From: Acinetobacter phage Aristophanes
Length of the DNA stretch: 43,505 nucleotides
Sequence record: MT783706.1
Direction: 5' to 3' (one strand)
Of this stretch, positions 1 through 7,484 are shown in pieces. Each line of letters begins with the position of its first letter. Positions within the stretch are counted from its first letter, which is position 1. The translations under genes and the position numbers were made by a program. The notes under the pieces are model-generated. The model ran no database searches. It was not told where the DNA came from and saw only the letters and a list, made by a program, of their open reading frames with translations.

Positions 1-184
1 ATCCTTCAGGGTATTCCTTCAGGAGTTCTTCAGGAGTTCTTCAGGAGTTCTTCAGGAGTTCTTCAGGAGTTCTTCAGGAGTTCTTCAGGAGTTCTTCAGG
101 AGTTCTTCAGGAGTTCTTCAGGAGTTCTTCAGGAGTTCTTCAGGAGTTCTTCAGGAGTTCTTCAGGAGTTCTTCAGGAGTTCTT
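1..184. repeat. Left copy of the direct terminal repeat (DTR) of a linear phage genome
   Basis: Positions 1-184 are identical to 43322-43505: 'atccttcagggtattcc' followed by tandem 'ttcaggagttc' units. The right copy is truncated by the window end, so the true DTR may be longer. Confidence 0.85.
18..182. repeat. 15 perfect tandem copies of an 11-bp unit (ttcaggagttc) inside the DTR; mirrored at 43339-43503
   Basis: Direct reading: 15 x 11 = 165 bp of exact tandem repeats. The unit contains AGGAG and its length matches the DNA helical repeat. Confidence 0.9.
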
Positions 185-535
185 GAGCCTTCGGCTCAGG
201 TTCTCCAGTGTTTCTCCAGTCCTATCTTCTGATATTCATAGTATCATACTCTTTCAGGTTGTCAAGCATCTTTGTATTTATTTTCTTAGTTTTATTCTTA
301 GGTTCTATCTTAGCTGGTTCGCTTGCTTCTTTTGCTTCTTTACTTCTTATCTTACTTTTTACTTCTTCTTACTTCTTCTTTTACTTCTTACTTCCTTGCT
401 TACTTCTTTTCGCCTTCCCTTCCTTCCTTCCTAGCTAGCAAGTTCTATCTATTCTATCTATTCTATCGAATCTTTATTCCCTATAGATTCTCTTCGTTCC
501 TTTCTTTTCTTTTCTTTTTTAATACGCATGATTCT
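185..535 (+). repeat. About 350-bp polypyrimidine (C/T-rich) tract on the + strand with degenerate short repeats (tacttctt, ttctatc, ccttcc); non-coding
   Basis: Strong strand asymmetry read directly. The ORF-track entries 183-434, 208-438 and 323-538 translate to low-complexity L/F/S-rich artefacts. Confidence 0.8.
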
Positions 536-540
536 TAAAT
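519..540 (-). promoter_or_regulatory. Inverted (leftward) copy of the conserved phage-promoter-like motif (aatcatgcgtattaa)
   Basis: The minus strand reads 'atttaagaatcatgcgtattaa', a 20/22 match to the + strand motifs at 7920-7941 and 20804-20825. Confidence 0.4.
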
Positions 541-708
541 TTATTTATATATATCAATGAGTTATAATACCTGAAAATAAGATTAGATAGTACTGTTTAA
601 AGATATATCTATAAATTATTCTATAATTATTTTATAAATATAATCCTTTATAATTCATAGAGTTATATAAGTTTATTAAATTATTTTAATTTATTTATTA
701 AAAAGTAC

Positions 709-737
709 TTGACTTATATTTTTATCGGTATCATAAT
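709..737 (+). promoter_or_regulatory. Host sigma70-type early promoter (TTGACT, 17-bp spacer, CATAAT) with an AT-rich UP-like region upstream
   Basis: -35 ttgact at 709-714 and -10 cataat at 732-737. The motif 'agtacttgac' is shared with the second promoter. Confidence 0.6.
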
Positions 738-864
738 GCACACATACCAAGACGGAACGAAAGGAAAGTTAAGGTACAGTCTAGTGAGACGATCACTAGA
801 TTACTCTATAAAAGTTTATTCAGTTAGTTTTATTTAGTGTATCAATCAAACAAGTGAGTACACT

Positions 865-996
865 ATGAAAACAGGTCTATGGTATGATAACGTAACTTAT
901 AACTTTAGAGGTTATTGGTTAACATTTAGTGGTATGAGTTTATACCCTACAATGAAGCTAGTACACGATGACTTTGGAAACCTTGTATCAGTTTAG
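865..996 (+). CDS. Possible 43-aa early ORF (MKTGLWYDNVTYNFRGYWLTFSGMSLYPTMKLVHDDFGNLVSV), bracketed by a 22-nt inverted repeat
   Basis: ATG to TAG in frame with only a weak Shine-Dalgarno sequence. It lies between the two early promoters. Confidence 0.25.
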   Translation: MKTGLWYDNVTYNFRGYWLTFSGMSLYPTMKLVHDDFGNLVSV

Positions 997-1056
997 GCTG
1001 GTACACTAAATAAAATTGACTGAATAAATATTTATAGAAATTATTTAAAATAGTAC

Positions 1057-1084
1057 TTGACACAGTGTAAAAACAGTGTAAAGT
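1057..1084 (+). promoter_or_regulatory. Second host sigma70-type early promoter (TTGACA, 16-bp spacer, TAAAGT with TG upstream)
   Basis: -35 ttgaca at 1057-1062 and a -10-like taaagt at 1079-1084. It shares 'agtacttgac' with the promoter at 709. Confidence 0.5.
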
Positions 1085-1428
1085 ACGAATCAGAAGTACA
1101 AAGTTTAGTAAAGCATTGGCGACTTTGCATACTATCCTAAGTGCTTGGCAGTAGTGACGAGCTACGCCGATACTATTTAAAGTGTACTAAATAAAAATCT
1201 AAGCTAGTCGAAGCCTAGACTGCACCGTTCATCGGGTGTGCAATGCAGTAGGTTATAGGATAAGACTAGTTATGTTGAGTACCGACTAGGCAAGCGTGGG
1301 ATGCGTTTGTTATTTGATTCGGTGCAATAGCTAGGTGTCATGCGATAGGACTATTGTTTATTTATTACCTAGCATTTACGCTGTACGCAGCGTGGTGCTA
1401 GCCATAAGTAAACAAGGAGTAACCATAA

Positions 1429-1590
1429 ATGAATTGTATTCTAGTTGCAATGCATTACTTAGCACCTCATGATTACTGCGAACCTATGCGATATTGTGAT
1501 GCCATTGTAGATGATAACGGTAACGTGGTACCTATAAATGCCGCTTGGTTTTACGTTGCTAACCGTTGGCTAAATGAAGATGAAATATAG
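1429..1590 (+). CDS. Small early protein (53 aa, Cys-containing), hypothetical
   Basis: An AAGGAG Shine-Dalgarno sequence sits 7 nt upstream of the ATG. Composition is clean and coding-like. Confidence 0.5.
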   Translation: MNCILVAMHYLAPHDYCEPMRYCDAIVDDNGNVVPINAAWFYVANRWLNEDEI

Positions 1591-1657
1591 TTTATATACC
1601 GCATGATCATGCTGTGATCATGTTAATATATAATCCATAACTGTAAGGAGTAACACC

Positions 1658-2176
1658 ATGAAACTTATCACTGATAACGCTGCACTTGCAAAGGCTATTA
1701 AATCAATCGCTGTACGTGGTCAAAAGCTCGACCATGACATCCATGTTGCTGGTGTAAGTTGCTTAGCTCATATCGCAGAGCATAGCAATACAACGCTACT
1801 AAATGACCTTGTTAATGCTTTACCTAAGGGTGCACGTAAACACGCCTTTGTTGAGTGGGCGTTAGCGTATGGCTCTGTACGTACCTTAGACCGTGCTAAT
1901 CCTGCTGACGCTGATAAGATAGCTAAAGGGCAAGTGTTCGCCTTAGACCGTTCGAAGGCTTTTGATCTTGACGGTGCAGTAGCTAACGCTTGGTGGAACT
2001 TCAAGCCTGAAGCTGATTTGTTGTCAGCGTTCGATGTACACAAGGCTGTAGCTCAATTGGTTAAGCGTGTGACTAAGGCAACTAAAGACGGAGCTACCCT
2101 CGAAGGTGTGCAAGATGCGCTTAAACAACTGAAGGCTTTAGAGCAGCAACTAACTACTTCTAGTGAGGTACTGTAA
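1658..2176 (+). CDS. Early protein, hypothetical (172 aa, alpha-helical)
   Basis: ORF with an AAGGAG RBS. It is the first long gene downstream of the host promoters. Confidence 0.8.
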   Translation: MKLITDNAALAKAIKSIAVRGQKLDHDIHVAGVSCLAHIAEHSNTTLLNDLVNALPKGARKHAFVEWALAYGSVRTLDRANPADADKIAKGQVFALDRSKAFDLDGAVANAWWNFKPEADLLSAFDVHKAVAQLVKRVTKATKDGATLEGVQDALKQLKALEQQLTTSSEVL

Positions 2177-2424
2177 TGAGCACTTATGTAATCACACCAC
2201 GCTCTGAAGCAGAGTGCAACCAACTACGCAGTATTCTACATAGTGCTGGGCGTGTTCCAAGTTTTCAATGGCAAGAGCCTATCCGTGTAGGTCAGGACGT
2301 GGTTTGCTTTGGTGAATACTTTGCAGATTTCCATACCAATGTAGGTAAGACCGTTGTAGATGAGCTGATAGGGGTTGTGCGCTTACAAGTGAACCAGCTA
2401 CGTAGTAAGCTCAAGCCTGTGTAG
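2176..2424 (+). CDS. Early protein, hypothetical (82 aa)
   Basis: ORF coupled to the upstream gene through a TAATG overlap. Confidence 0.7.
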   Translation: MSTYVITPRSEAECNQLRSILHSAGRVPSFQWQEPIRVGQDVVCFGEYFADFHTNVGKTVVDELIGVVRLQVNQLRSKLKPV

Positions 2425-2495
2425 ATTATTTACACCATGCAGGCACGCTGTGTCTGTATGCGTAAACAATCAACAACCTGTGAATGAGGTGCTGT

Positions 2496-3110
2496 ATGGC
2501 AGCAACAAAACCTGTAGTACAACCTGTAGACGTGCGTTTGAACGGTATTGTAATGCAATGTCTACGTGAAACCCTAGCAACTATGATGGTGAACAATGGT
2601 ATAACCATTAGGTACACATCTCGTGATGTGCCTGAGACTGGTAAAGCTATTCATGCTATGTGGGAGCAAGCGAAGCTCGGTATGACTCCTTTCCGTGTAC
2701 TGAATAGTGCTAACGATCCTGAGAATTTGTACTTCAGTCCTCAGGCTAACCTGTTGTACCGTGCTGTGCATGATATAGACCACGCTTTGTGGTACAGTGC
2801 AGGCAAGGGTACTACTAAGTTCGAGCATGAGTTATTCCTGAATTGCCTAATGGCTAAACGTGTGTACGATTGGTGTATGCAGGATGTATACTACACCGAG
2901 CAGGATGCTTTACGTGTGTTCTTTGCGATGTACCACGACACGGTAGGGCAAGTGTATTACTATCGTGAACATAACGACTTCTGTGTGAACCAACGTAATA
3001 ACACTGTGAAGCTCATGAGTGAGTGCAAGGGGGTATGGGCTACCCAAAGGGGGATGCTTCGTATTGCTTATAACGTGATGCAGAGTTATTTAAGAGAGTG
3101 CGGACTGTAG
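2496..3110 (+). CDS. Early protein, hypothetical (about 204 aa)
   Basis: ORF 2484-3110. The second ATG (2496) has a GAGGTG RBS, so the start was placed there. Confidence 0.7.
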   Translation: MAATKPVVQPVDVRLNGIVMQCLRETLATMMVNNGITIRYTSRDVPETGKAIHAMWEQAKLGMTPFRVLNSANDPENLYFSPQANLLYRAVHDIDHALWYSAGKGTTKFEHELFLNCLMAKRVYDWCMQDVYYTEQDALRVFFAMYHDTVGQVYYYREHNDFCVNQRNNTVKLMSECKGVWATQRGMLRIAYNVMQSYLRECGL

Positions 3111-3150
3111 GTCTGTAGGTCTGCACTCGCAATTCAATTCAACGTACTGG

Positions 3151-3291
3151 ATGCGTTTTATGATTAAGAAATTTAAAAGTGTTGATGACGGGTGGGGTAT
3201 AGGTACTAAGCCTGCTAACCCTGCTGTAACGTGGTGGGTACTTGGGGCGTTGCTGATCCTTTGTGCTGTAGTTTTATTCCGTTGTAATTAA
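3151..3291 (+). CDS. Possible 46-aa single-pass membrane protein (MRFMIKKFKSVDDGWGIGTKPANPAVTWWVLGALLILCAVVLFRCN)
   Basis: Intact ATG to TAA in an otherwise empty 190-nt gap, with a C-terminal hydrophobic helix. The RBS is weak. Confidence 0.35.
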   Translation: MRFMIKKFKSVDDGWGIGTKPANPAVTWWVLGALLILCAVVLFRCN

Positions 3292-3303
3292 AGGTAATCC
3301 ATA

Positions 3304-3567
3304 ATGCAAAATAATACTGTAGCGTACTGTTACCGTGTACGTAACTATGAACAGTACCTGCATGATGTAGGCGAGTTACGTGCACTAGGTTATAGTGTTG
3401 ATGATTGGTGGAACGCCCTTATTATCAAGGAGAATCCAAAATTCAACGTGTTGTACCTACACATTGATTTGGTGCACCATACTGTTGAATTATATGACCA
3501 CTTCGCAGGTACTCTGATTGTACCGAACCTTGAATACATTATTAATAAATTACCTGTTGTTAAATGA
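3304..3567 (+). CDS. Early protein, hypothetical (87 aa)
   Basis: ORF with an RBS. Confidence 0.7.
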   Translation: MQNNTVAYCYRVRNYEQYLHDVGELRALGYSVDDWWNALIIKENPKFNVLYLHIDLVHHTVELYDHFAGTLIVPNLEYIINKLPVVK

Positions 3568-3576
3568 GAGAACTCT

Positions 3577-4140
3577 ATGAACCGTAATACCAGTAACACT
3601 CGTAAACCTAAACCGTCTAACCACTACGTGCGTGATCGCTTTAACGATTTACAGTGGGTTGGTAATCCTATTACCAATCACAAGGTAGAGCAGTTGCTCC
3701 GTGCTGTGTTGTACCCTGAGGACACGTTCTGTACATCACATGGGCAAGACTCTGGCTTGTTAGCTGTGCATGCAACTAAACATCAGGTGATCACTGATCA
3801 ACAAGACCTAGACACAATATGCGTAGGTATCGCTGACGAAGCAGGCTACCGTCTGCACCCTGAAACGAACTCGTGGTTGGTCCGTAATGGTATTAAACCT
3901 AATGCTTTCCTGTTAGCCTTGAATCAGGTACAAATTGAGGGTGTGCCTGCGTTGTTAGCAGATAACGGTAAACTGTACACACTATTCGCTGTGCTGTACC
4001 GTCTAGCGTATGATGCGTTGTTCCATACCGATGCTTTCAACGCTGCGTACAAAGCGTATGTACGTAAACGTGGTATCCCTAAACATTTCACGGTACAGAA
4101 CAAGTACTTTGATCCTTCTAAGGAATACGAGGTAATTTAA
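3577..4140 (+). CDS. Early protein, hypothetical (187 aa)
   Basis: ORF with an RBS. Confidence 0.75.
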   Translation: MNRNTSNTRKPKPSNHYVRDRFNDLQWVGNPITNHKVEQLLRAVLYPEDTFCTSHGQDSGLLAVHATKHQVITDQQDLDTICVGIADEAGYRLHPETNSWLVRNGIKPNAFLLALNQVQIEGVPALLADNGKLYTLFAVLYRLAYDALFHTDAFNAAYKAYVRKRGIPKHFTVQNKYFDPSKEYEVI

Positions 4141-4141
4141 T

Positions 4142-4393
4142 ATGCAATCATTTCAACGTAAACTACCAGAAGTGCAGTACACGTTTAAAGTTAAGTCGGG
4201 TAAGCGTATCCGTAAGTTCCTAGAGGATCATGGTTGTAACTTAGACCGTGTATTTTCAGGAGACCAACGTATCATCACAGTGTACTGTGGTAATTGTTAT
4301 GATTATACTGTCGGCTCAGAACTTAACCCTATCAACACTACACCAAAAGAGTTCAAACGTATTGTGCGTGAAGCACTAGGAGAATCTAAATGA
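4142..4393 (+). CDS. Small protein, LGESK paralogue A (83 aa)
   Basis: The C-terminus '...EFKRIVREALGESK' is shared with the products of 5403-5675 and 5672-5938. Confidence 0.75.
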   Translation: MQSFQRKLPEVQYTFKVKSGKRIRKFLEDHGCNLDRVFSGDQRIITVYCGNCYDYTVGSELNPINTTPKEFKRIVREALGESK

Positions 4394-4614
4394 AATTTAC
4401 AGAGAAGAACGTAGGTCAGCGAGTTCAATTAAAACGTGACGATATGTTAGGATTCCGAGCAGGTGATGTAGGTACTATTAAGGCTGTAGATGGTGCACAC
4501 TACGCAGTACATTTTGATATTGCACGTGATGGTTGGGAGCGGGAGGATTTAGGTATCCCTGATCTACACGGTTTTTATGTGAACCCTGAGGATTTACGTA
4601 AAGTTAAGGAGTAA
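4390..4614 (+). CDS. Small beta-rich protein (74 aa, 'KNVGQRVQLK' N-terminus), hypothetical
   Basis: ATGA coupling to the upstream gene. Its N-terminal motif resembles those of the 5935-6189 and 7485-7877 products. Confidence 0.7.
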   Translation: MKFTEKNVGQRVQLKRDDMLGFRAGDVGTIKAVDGAHYAVHFDIARDGWEREDLGIPDLHGFYVNPEDLRKVKE

Positions 4615-4617
4615 CGT

Positions 4618-5418
4618 ATGTTGCATCATAGCGAATGGCTGTTAAAGGCTAAAGCTGTACCTGTAGGGCAGAAGCGTAGGGTACATCATGGCTGTGGTGC
4701 TACTGCATCAATGGATGTGTGGAATAACCCTGAGTCGTGGTCGGCGTACTGCCACCGTTGCCATGACGCAGGGCGTGTGTACAAGGAGTACCTTACACCT
4801 GTACCTAAGGATGTTGTTGTGTACAGGAAGTACTGTAATGGTGGAGACCTCCTAGAACTCTCTGTATTAGCGCAGAAGCACCCTGAATGGTACAGACGTA
4901 TGATTGTACTGGTTCAGTCTAAAGGTGTCTCTACGGCTCTCCTAGAGGCTGTAGGAGCTACGTTAAGGTACAACGTGAAGGATCACCGTCTAGTCCTGAA
5001 GTTCAATGGTGTAGATATAGGTAGGGACTGCACAGGTGTAAGCCCTGCTAAGTGGTTGAAGTACTACCGAGAAAACGGCTTGGGGTACGTGTACTTGCAA
5101 GGTAAAAACACACAGGATACACGTGTGGTGATTACTGAAGATGTATTTAGTGCTGCTAAGATAACGTACTACACAGGTGTATCAAGCATGTGCTTACTAG
5201 GTACAGGCTTTGATGATCAAAAGGTAGTGCAGTTATTGAATGCTAAGGTACTTATATGCACTGACGGTGATAAAGCAGGTTATGATGCTGCTAGGGTTAT
5301 CAAGCAGCGTTTAGATGTACTAGGTGTACCTACTGAGGTACGTATTAAAGATGGGTATGATCCTAAGGATATGACCCCCGAAGAACTAAGTGAGTTATTG
5401 TTATGGGACGTAAGCTAA
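4618..5418 (+). CDS. DNA primase (zinc-binding region plus TOPRIM domain)
   Basis: Cys/His cluster '...HHGCG...CHRCHD...' and a TOPRIM-like 'LICTDGDKAGYDAA'. It sits upstream of the helicase, as in phiKMV/SP6-like split primase-helicase arrangements. Confidence 0.65.
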   Translation: MLHHSEWLLKAKAVPVGQKRRVHHGCGATASMDVWNNPESWSAYCHRCHDAGRVYKEYLTPVPKDVVVYRKYCNGGDLLELSVLAQKHPEWYRRMIVLVQSKGVSTALLEAVGATLRYNVKDHRLVLKFNGVDIGRDCTGVSPAKWLKYYRENGLGYVYLQGKNTQDTRVVITEDVFSAAKITYYTGVSSMCLLGTGFDDQKVVQLLNAKVLICTDGDKAGYDAARVIKQRLDVLGVPTEVRIKDGYDPKDMTPEELSELLLWDVS

Positions 5419-5675
5419 ATCTAGTGGTTAAAAGTGAGAAGCAGTACAACAAGGTTATTGCTAAATTAGAGGAACTGGGTGCACAAGGGCTTCTTGTAAT
5501 GAAATATGATGAAAGTAAAGTAGGTGTTGCTGATTATGGTGTCGGTTGTTTCATTGAACCTGACTGTTTTTGGTTCACGGATGGTACTTCTAGCCTGCGT
5601 GACGGTTGGGAGAACTTCTACACTGTAAAATCCTTTATCACAGCAGTTAAAGCAGCTCTAGGAGAGTCTAAATGA
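5403..5675 (+). CDS. Small protein, LGESK paralogue B (90 aa)
   Basis: Similar to 5672-5938 ('KSEKQYNKVIAKLEELG' against 'KSVKQLKRTCEQLDELG'). The C-terminus is '...FITAVKAALGESK'. Confidence 0.7.
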   Translation: MGRKLNLVVKSEKQYNKVIAKLEELGAQGLLVMKYDESKVGVADYGVGCFIEPDCFWFTDGTSSLRDGWENFYTVKSFITAVKAALGESK

Positions 5676-5938
5676 GTGATTACATAATCCGTTTAGAGTG
5701 TAAATCTGTTAAACAACTTAAACGTACTTGTGAGCAGTTAGATGAGTTGGGTGTGGAGAAATTTCTTCTAAGTCCTGAGGAGCAATCTGTAGGTATAGGT
5801 CGAGGTGTTTCATTCTACGTTTGGGATGGTGCGTACACATGTGGTAGACAAGGTGTACCTGAAGGTCAGGATGAGATGTACCGCACTCGTAAGGAATTTA
5901 TTGAAGCAGTTAAACGTGTTCTAGGAGAATCTAAATGA
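5672..5938 (+). CDS. Small protein, LGESK paralogue C (88 aa)
   Basis: Tandem paralogue of 5403-5675. The C-terminus is '...FIEAVKRVLGESK'. Confidence 0.7.
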   Translation: MSDYIIRLECKSVKQLKRTCEQLDELGVEKFLLSPEEQSVGIGRGVSFYVWDGAYTCGRQGVPEGQDEMYRTRKEFIEAVKRVLGESK

Positions 5939-6189
5939 AAATTAAAAATTGTGTTGTTGGTACTGAAGTACAAATTAAAAACATTGATGTACCGCCTACA
6001 GAATGTAGCCCACGTACTGCTCGTGAGTACGGTGTTATCGAGGAGAACTACGGCATCATTCAAGACACCCCAGACGAATATGGGGACGTGAAGGTGTACT
6101 TTGGAGAGCAGTTCGAGCACTCCCAAATTGAGGGTCGTAAGTACTTGTACGTACATCACAGTAATCTCCGTCACTTCAACAAGGACTAA
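5935..6189 (+). CDS. Small beta-rich protein (84 aa, 'KNCVVGTEVQIK'), hypothetical
   Basis: ATGA-coupled to paralogue C. Its N-terminal motif resembles that of the 4390-4614 product. Confidence 0.65.
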   Translation: MKIKNCVVGTEVQIKNIDVPPTECSPRTAREYGVIEENYGIIQDTPDEYGDVKVYFGEQFEHSQIEGRKYLYVHHSNLRHFNKD

Positions 6190-6195
6190 GGTCTT

Positions 6196-7482
6196 ATGTT
6201 AGACAAGAACTTATTACATGCCCTACGAACTCGTAAGCGATACGATACGTTGTATCCTTACGTACCGTTGGATATGTTCAGCCCTGATACTAGGCGTATG
6301 CTTGAGTACTTCGGGCTGTACTTCAAGAGCTACCCAGATCATTCGTATGTGGAGTTAGAACCACTAGAAACTCTGGTCAAGCTGAAGTGTAAGCCTACTC
6401 CTGAACAGCTAGGTATCTTCCGTGTGATGGTGCAGAATCTTCAAGAGCCTGTACCACCTGAAGTTATCACAAGTACCATTGAGCAGCTTAATACGTTACG
6501 GTACAGTGGTAAGTTAGGTGTGCTCCTACAGCGTTATAATGACGGTGAGGAGGTCGATTTACTCACAGAGGTACATACCCTAACCCAGCAGGTTAAAGCC
6601 CAATCTGACGTGTATGGTGACGCTCCGTGGGCTGATGGTGATGTATGGGAGTACATCCAAGCCGAAGCTGACGATGCAGGTTATGTGTTCACTTGTTTAC
6701 CTGATGAACTTACTGAGAACCTCAAGGGTTTAACTACAGGTAAGAACGTGTGTGTAGCTATGCCTACTGATAAGGGTAAGACTTCTTTGTTTGCTGCTAT
6801 AGCTGTATGTATGGCAGAGCAGCACAAGGCTTTCCTTGCTAGTGGGTACGAACAGGAGTTCCGACCTGTGTTGTACCTAGTGAACGAAGGTACTGCTGAG
6901 AGTATCACACCACGTATCTATCAGACAGCCCTTAGATGTACGAACACTGAGTTGTATGCTTTAGGGCAACGTGTAGGTGGGCAGGGTATTCTCGATGAGT
7001 ACATTAAGGTTATAGGACGTAAGGATGCTATTCGATTAGTGAACGTACATGGTTGGACTACTAGCCAAGTAGCTACACTGATCGAAAAACACAATCCGTT
7101 CTGTGTTATATCTGATATGACTGGTAGGATTCGTTCTGTAGGTGCTCAAGGTGCTAATGATGTACAGCAGCTTGAAACCGTATGGGATACTATGCGACAG
7201 TTCTGTGCGATCTATAACTTCTTCCATATTGGGAGTGCTCAGATCAGTGCGGAAGGATTCGATCAGTTGTTCCCGCCCCTTAGTGCCCTACAGAACAGTA
7301 AGACAGGTGTTCAGACTACCTTAGACCTTGCTATATGGGGTGGTGCTTACGCTTCACCTGATGAACACACAGAGTTCTTACGGGGACTTAGTACTCCGAA
7401 GAATAAACTTAAACGCAGTGGTAAGAAGTCTTACGTGAAAGTACAGACTGTATTCAATCCTGATCTAAATACTTGGAAGTAA
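6196..7482 (+). CDS. DnaB-like (SF4) replicative DNA helicase
   Basis: Walker A 'AMPTDKGKTS', a 428-aa size, and a position downstream of the primase and upstream of the DNA polymerase. Confidence 0.75.
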   Translation: MLDKNLLHALRTRKRYDTLYPYVPLDMFSPDTRRMLEYFGLYFKSYPDHSYVELEPLETLVKLKCKPTPEQLGIFRVMVQNLQEPVPPEVITSTIEQLNTLRYSGKLGVLLQRYNDGEEVDLLTEVHTLTQQVKAQSDVYGDAPWADGDVWEYIQAEADDAGYVFTCLPDELTENLKGLTTGKNVCVAMPTDKGKTSLFAAIAVCMAEQHKAFLASGYEQEFRPVLYLVNEGTAESITPRIYQTALRCTNTELYALGQRVGGQGILDEYIKVIGRKDAIRLVNVHGWTTSQVATLIEKHNPFCVISDMTGRIRSVGAQGANDVQQLETVWDTMRQFCAIYNFFHIGSAQISAEGFDQLFPPLSALQNSKTGVQTTLDLAIWGGAYASPDEHTEFLRGLSTPKNKLKRSGKKSYVKVQTVFNPDLNTWK

Positions 7483-7484
7483 TT

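Noticed and set aside
18-182. Possible CRISPR array, given the perfect short tandem repeats
   Set aside because: The units are 11 bp and directly abutting with no spacers, and the array is duplicated at both genome ends. It is a terminal-repeat satellite, not a CRISPR array.
183-538. Three overlapping + strand ORFs (183-434, 208-438, 323-538) in the track
   Set aside because: They translate to pure L/F/S/Y low-complexity sequence because they lie in the polypyrimidine tract. There is no RBS, and they sit upstream of the early promoters.
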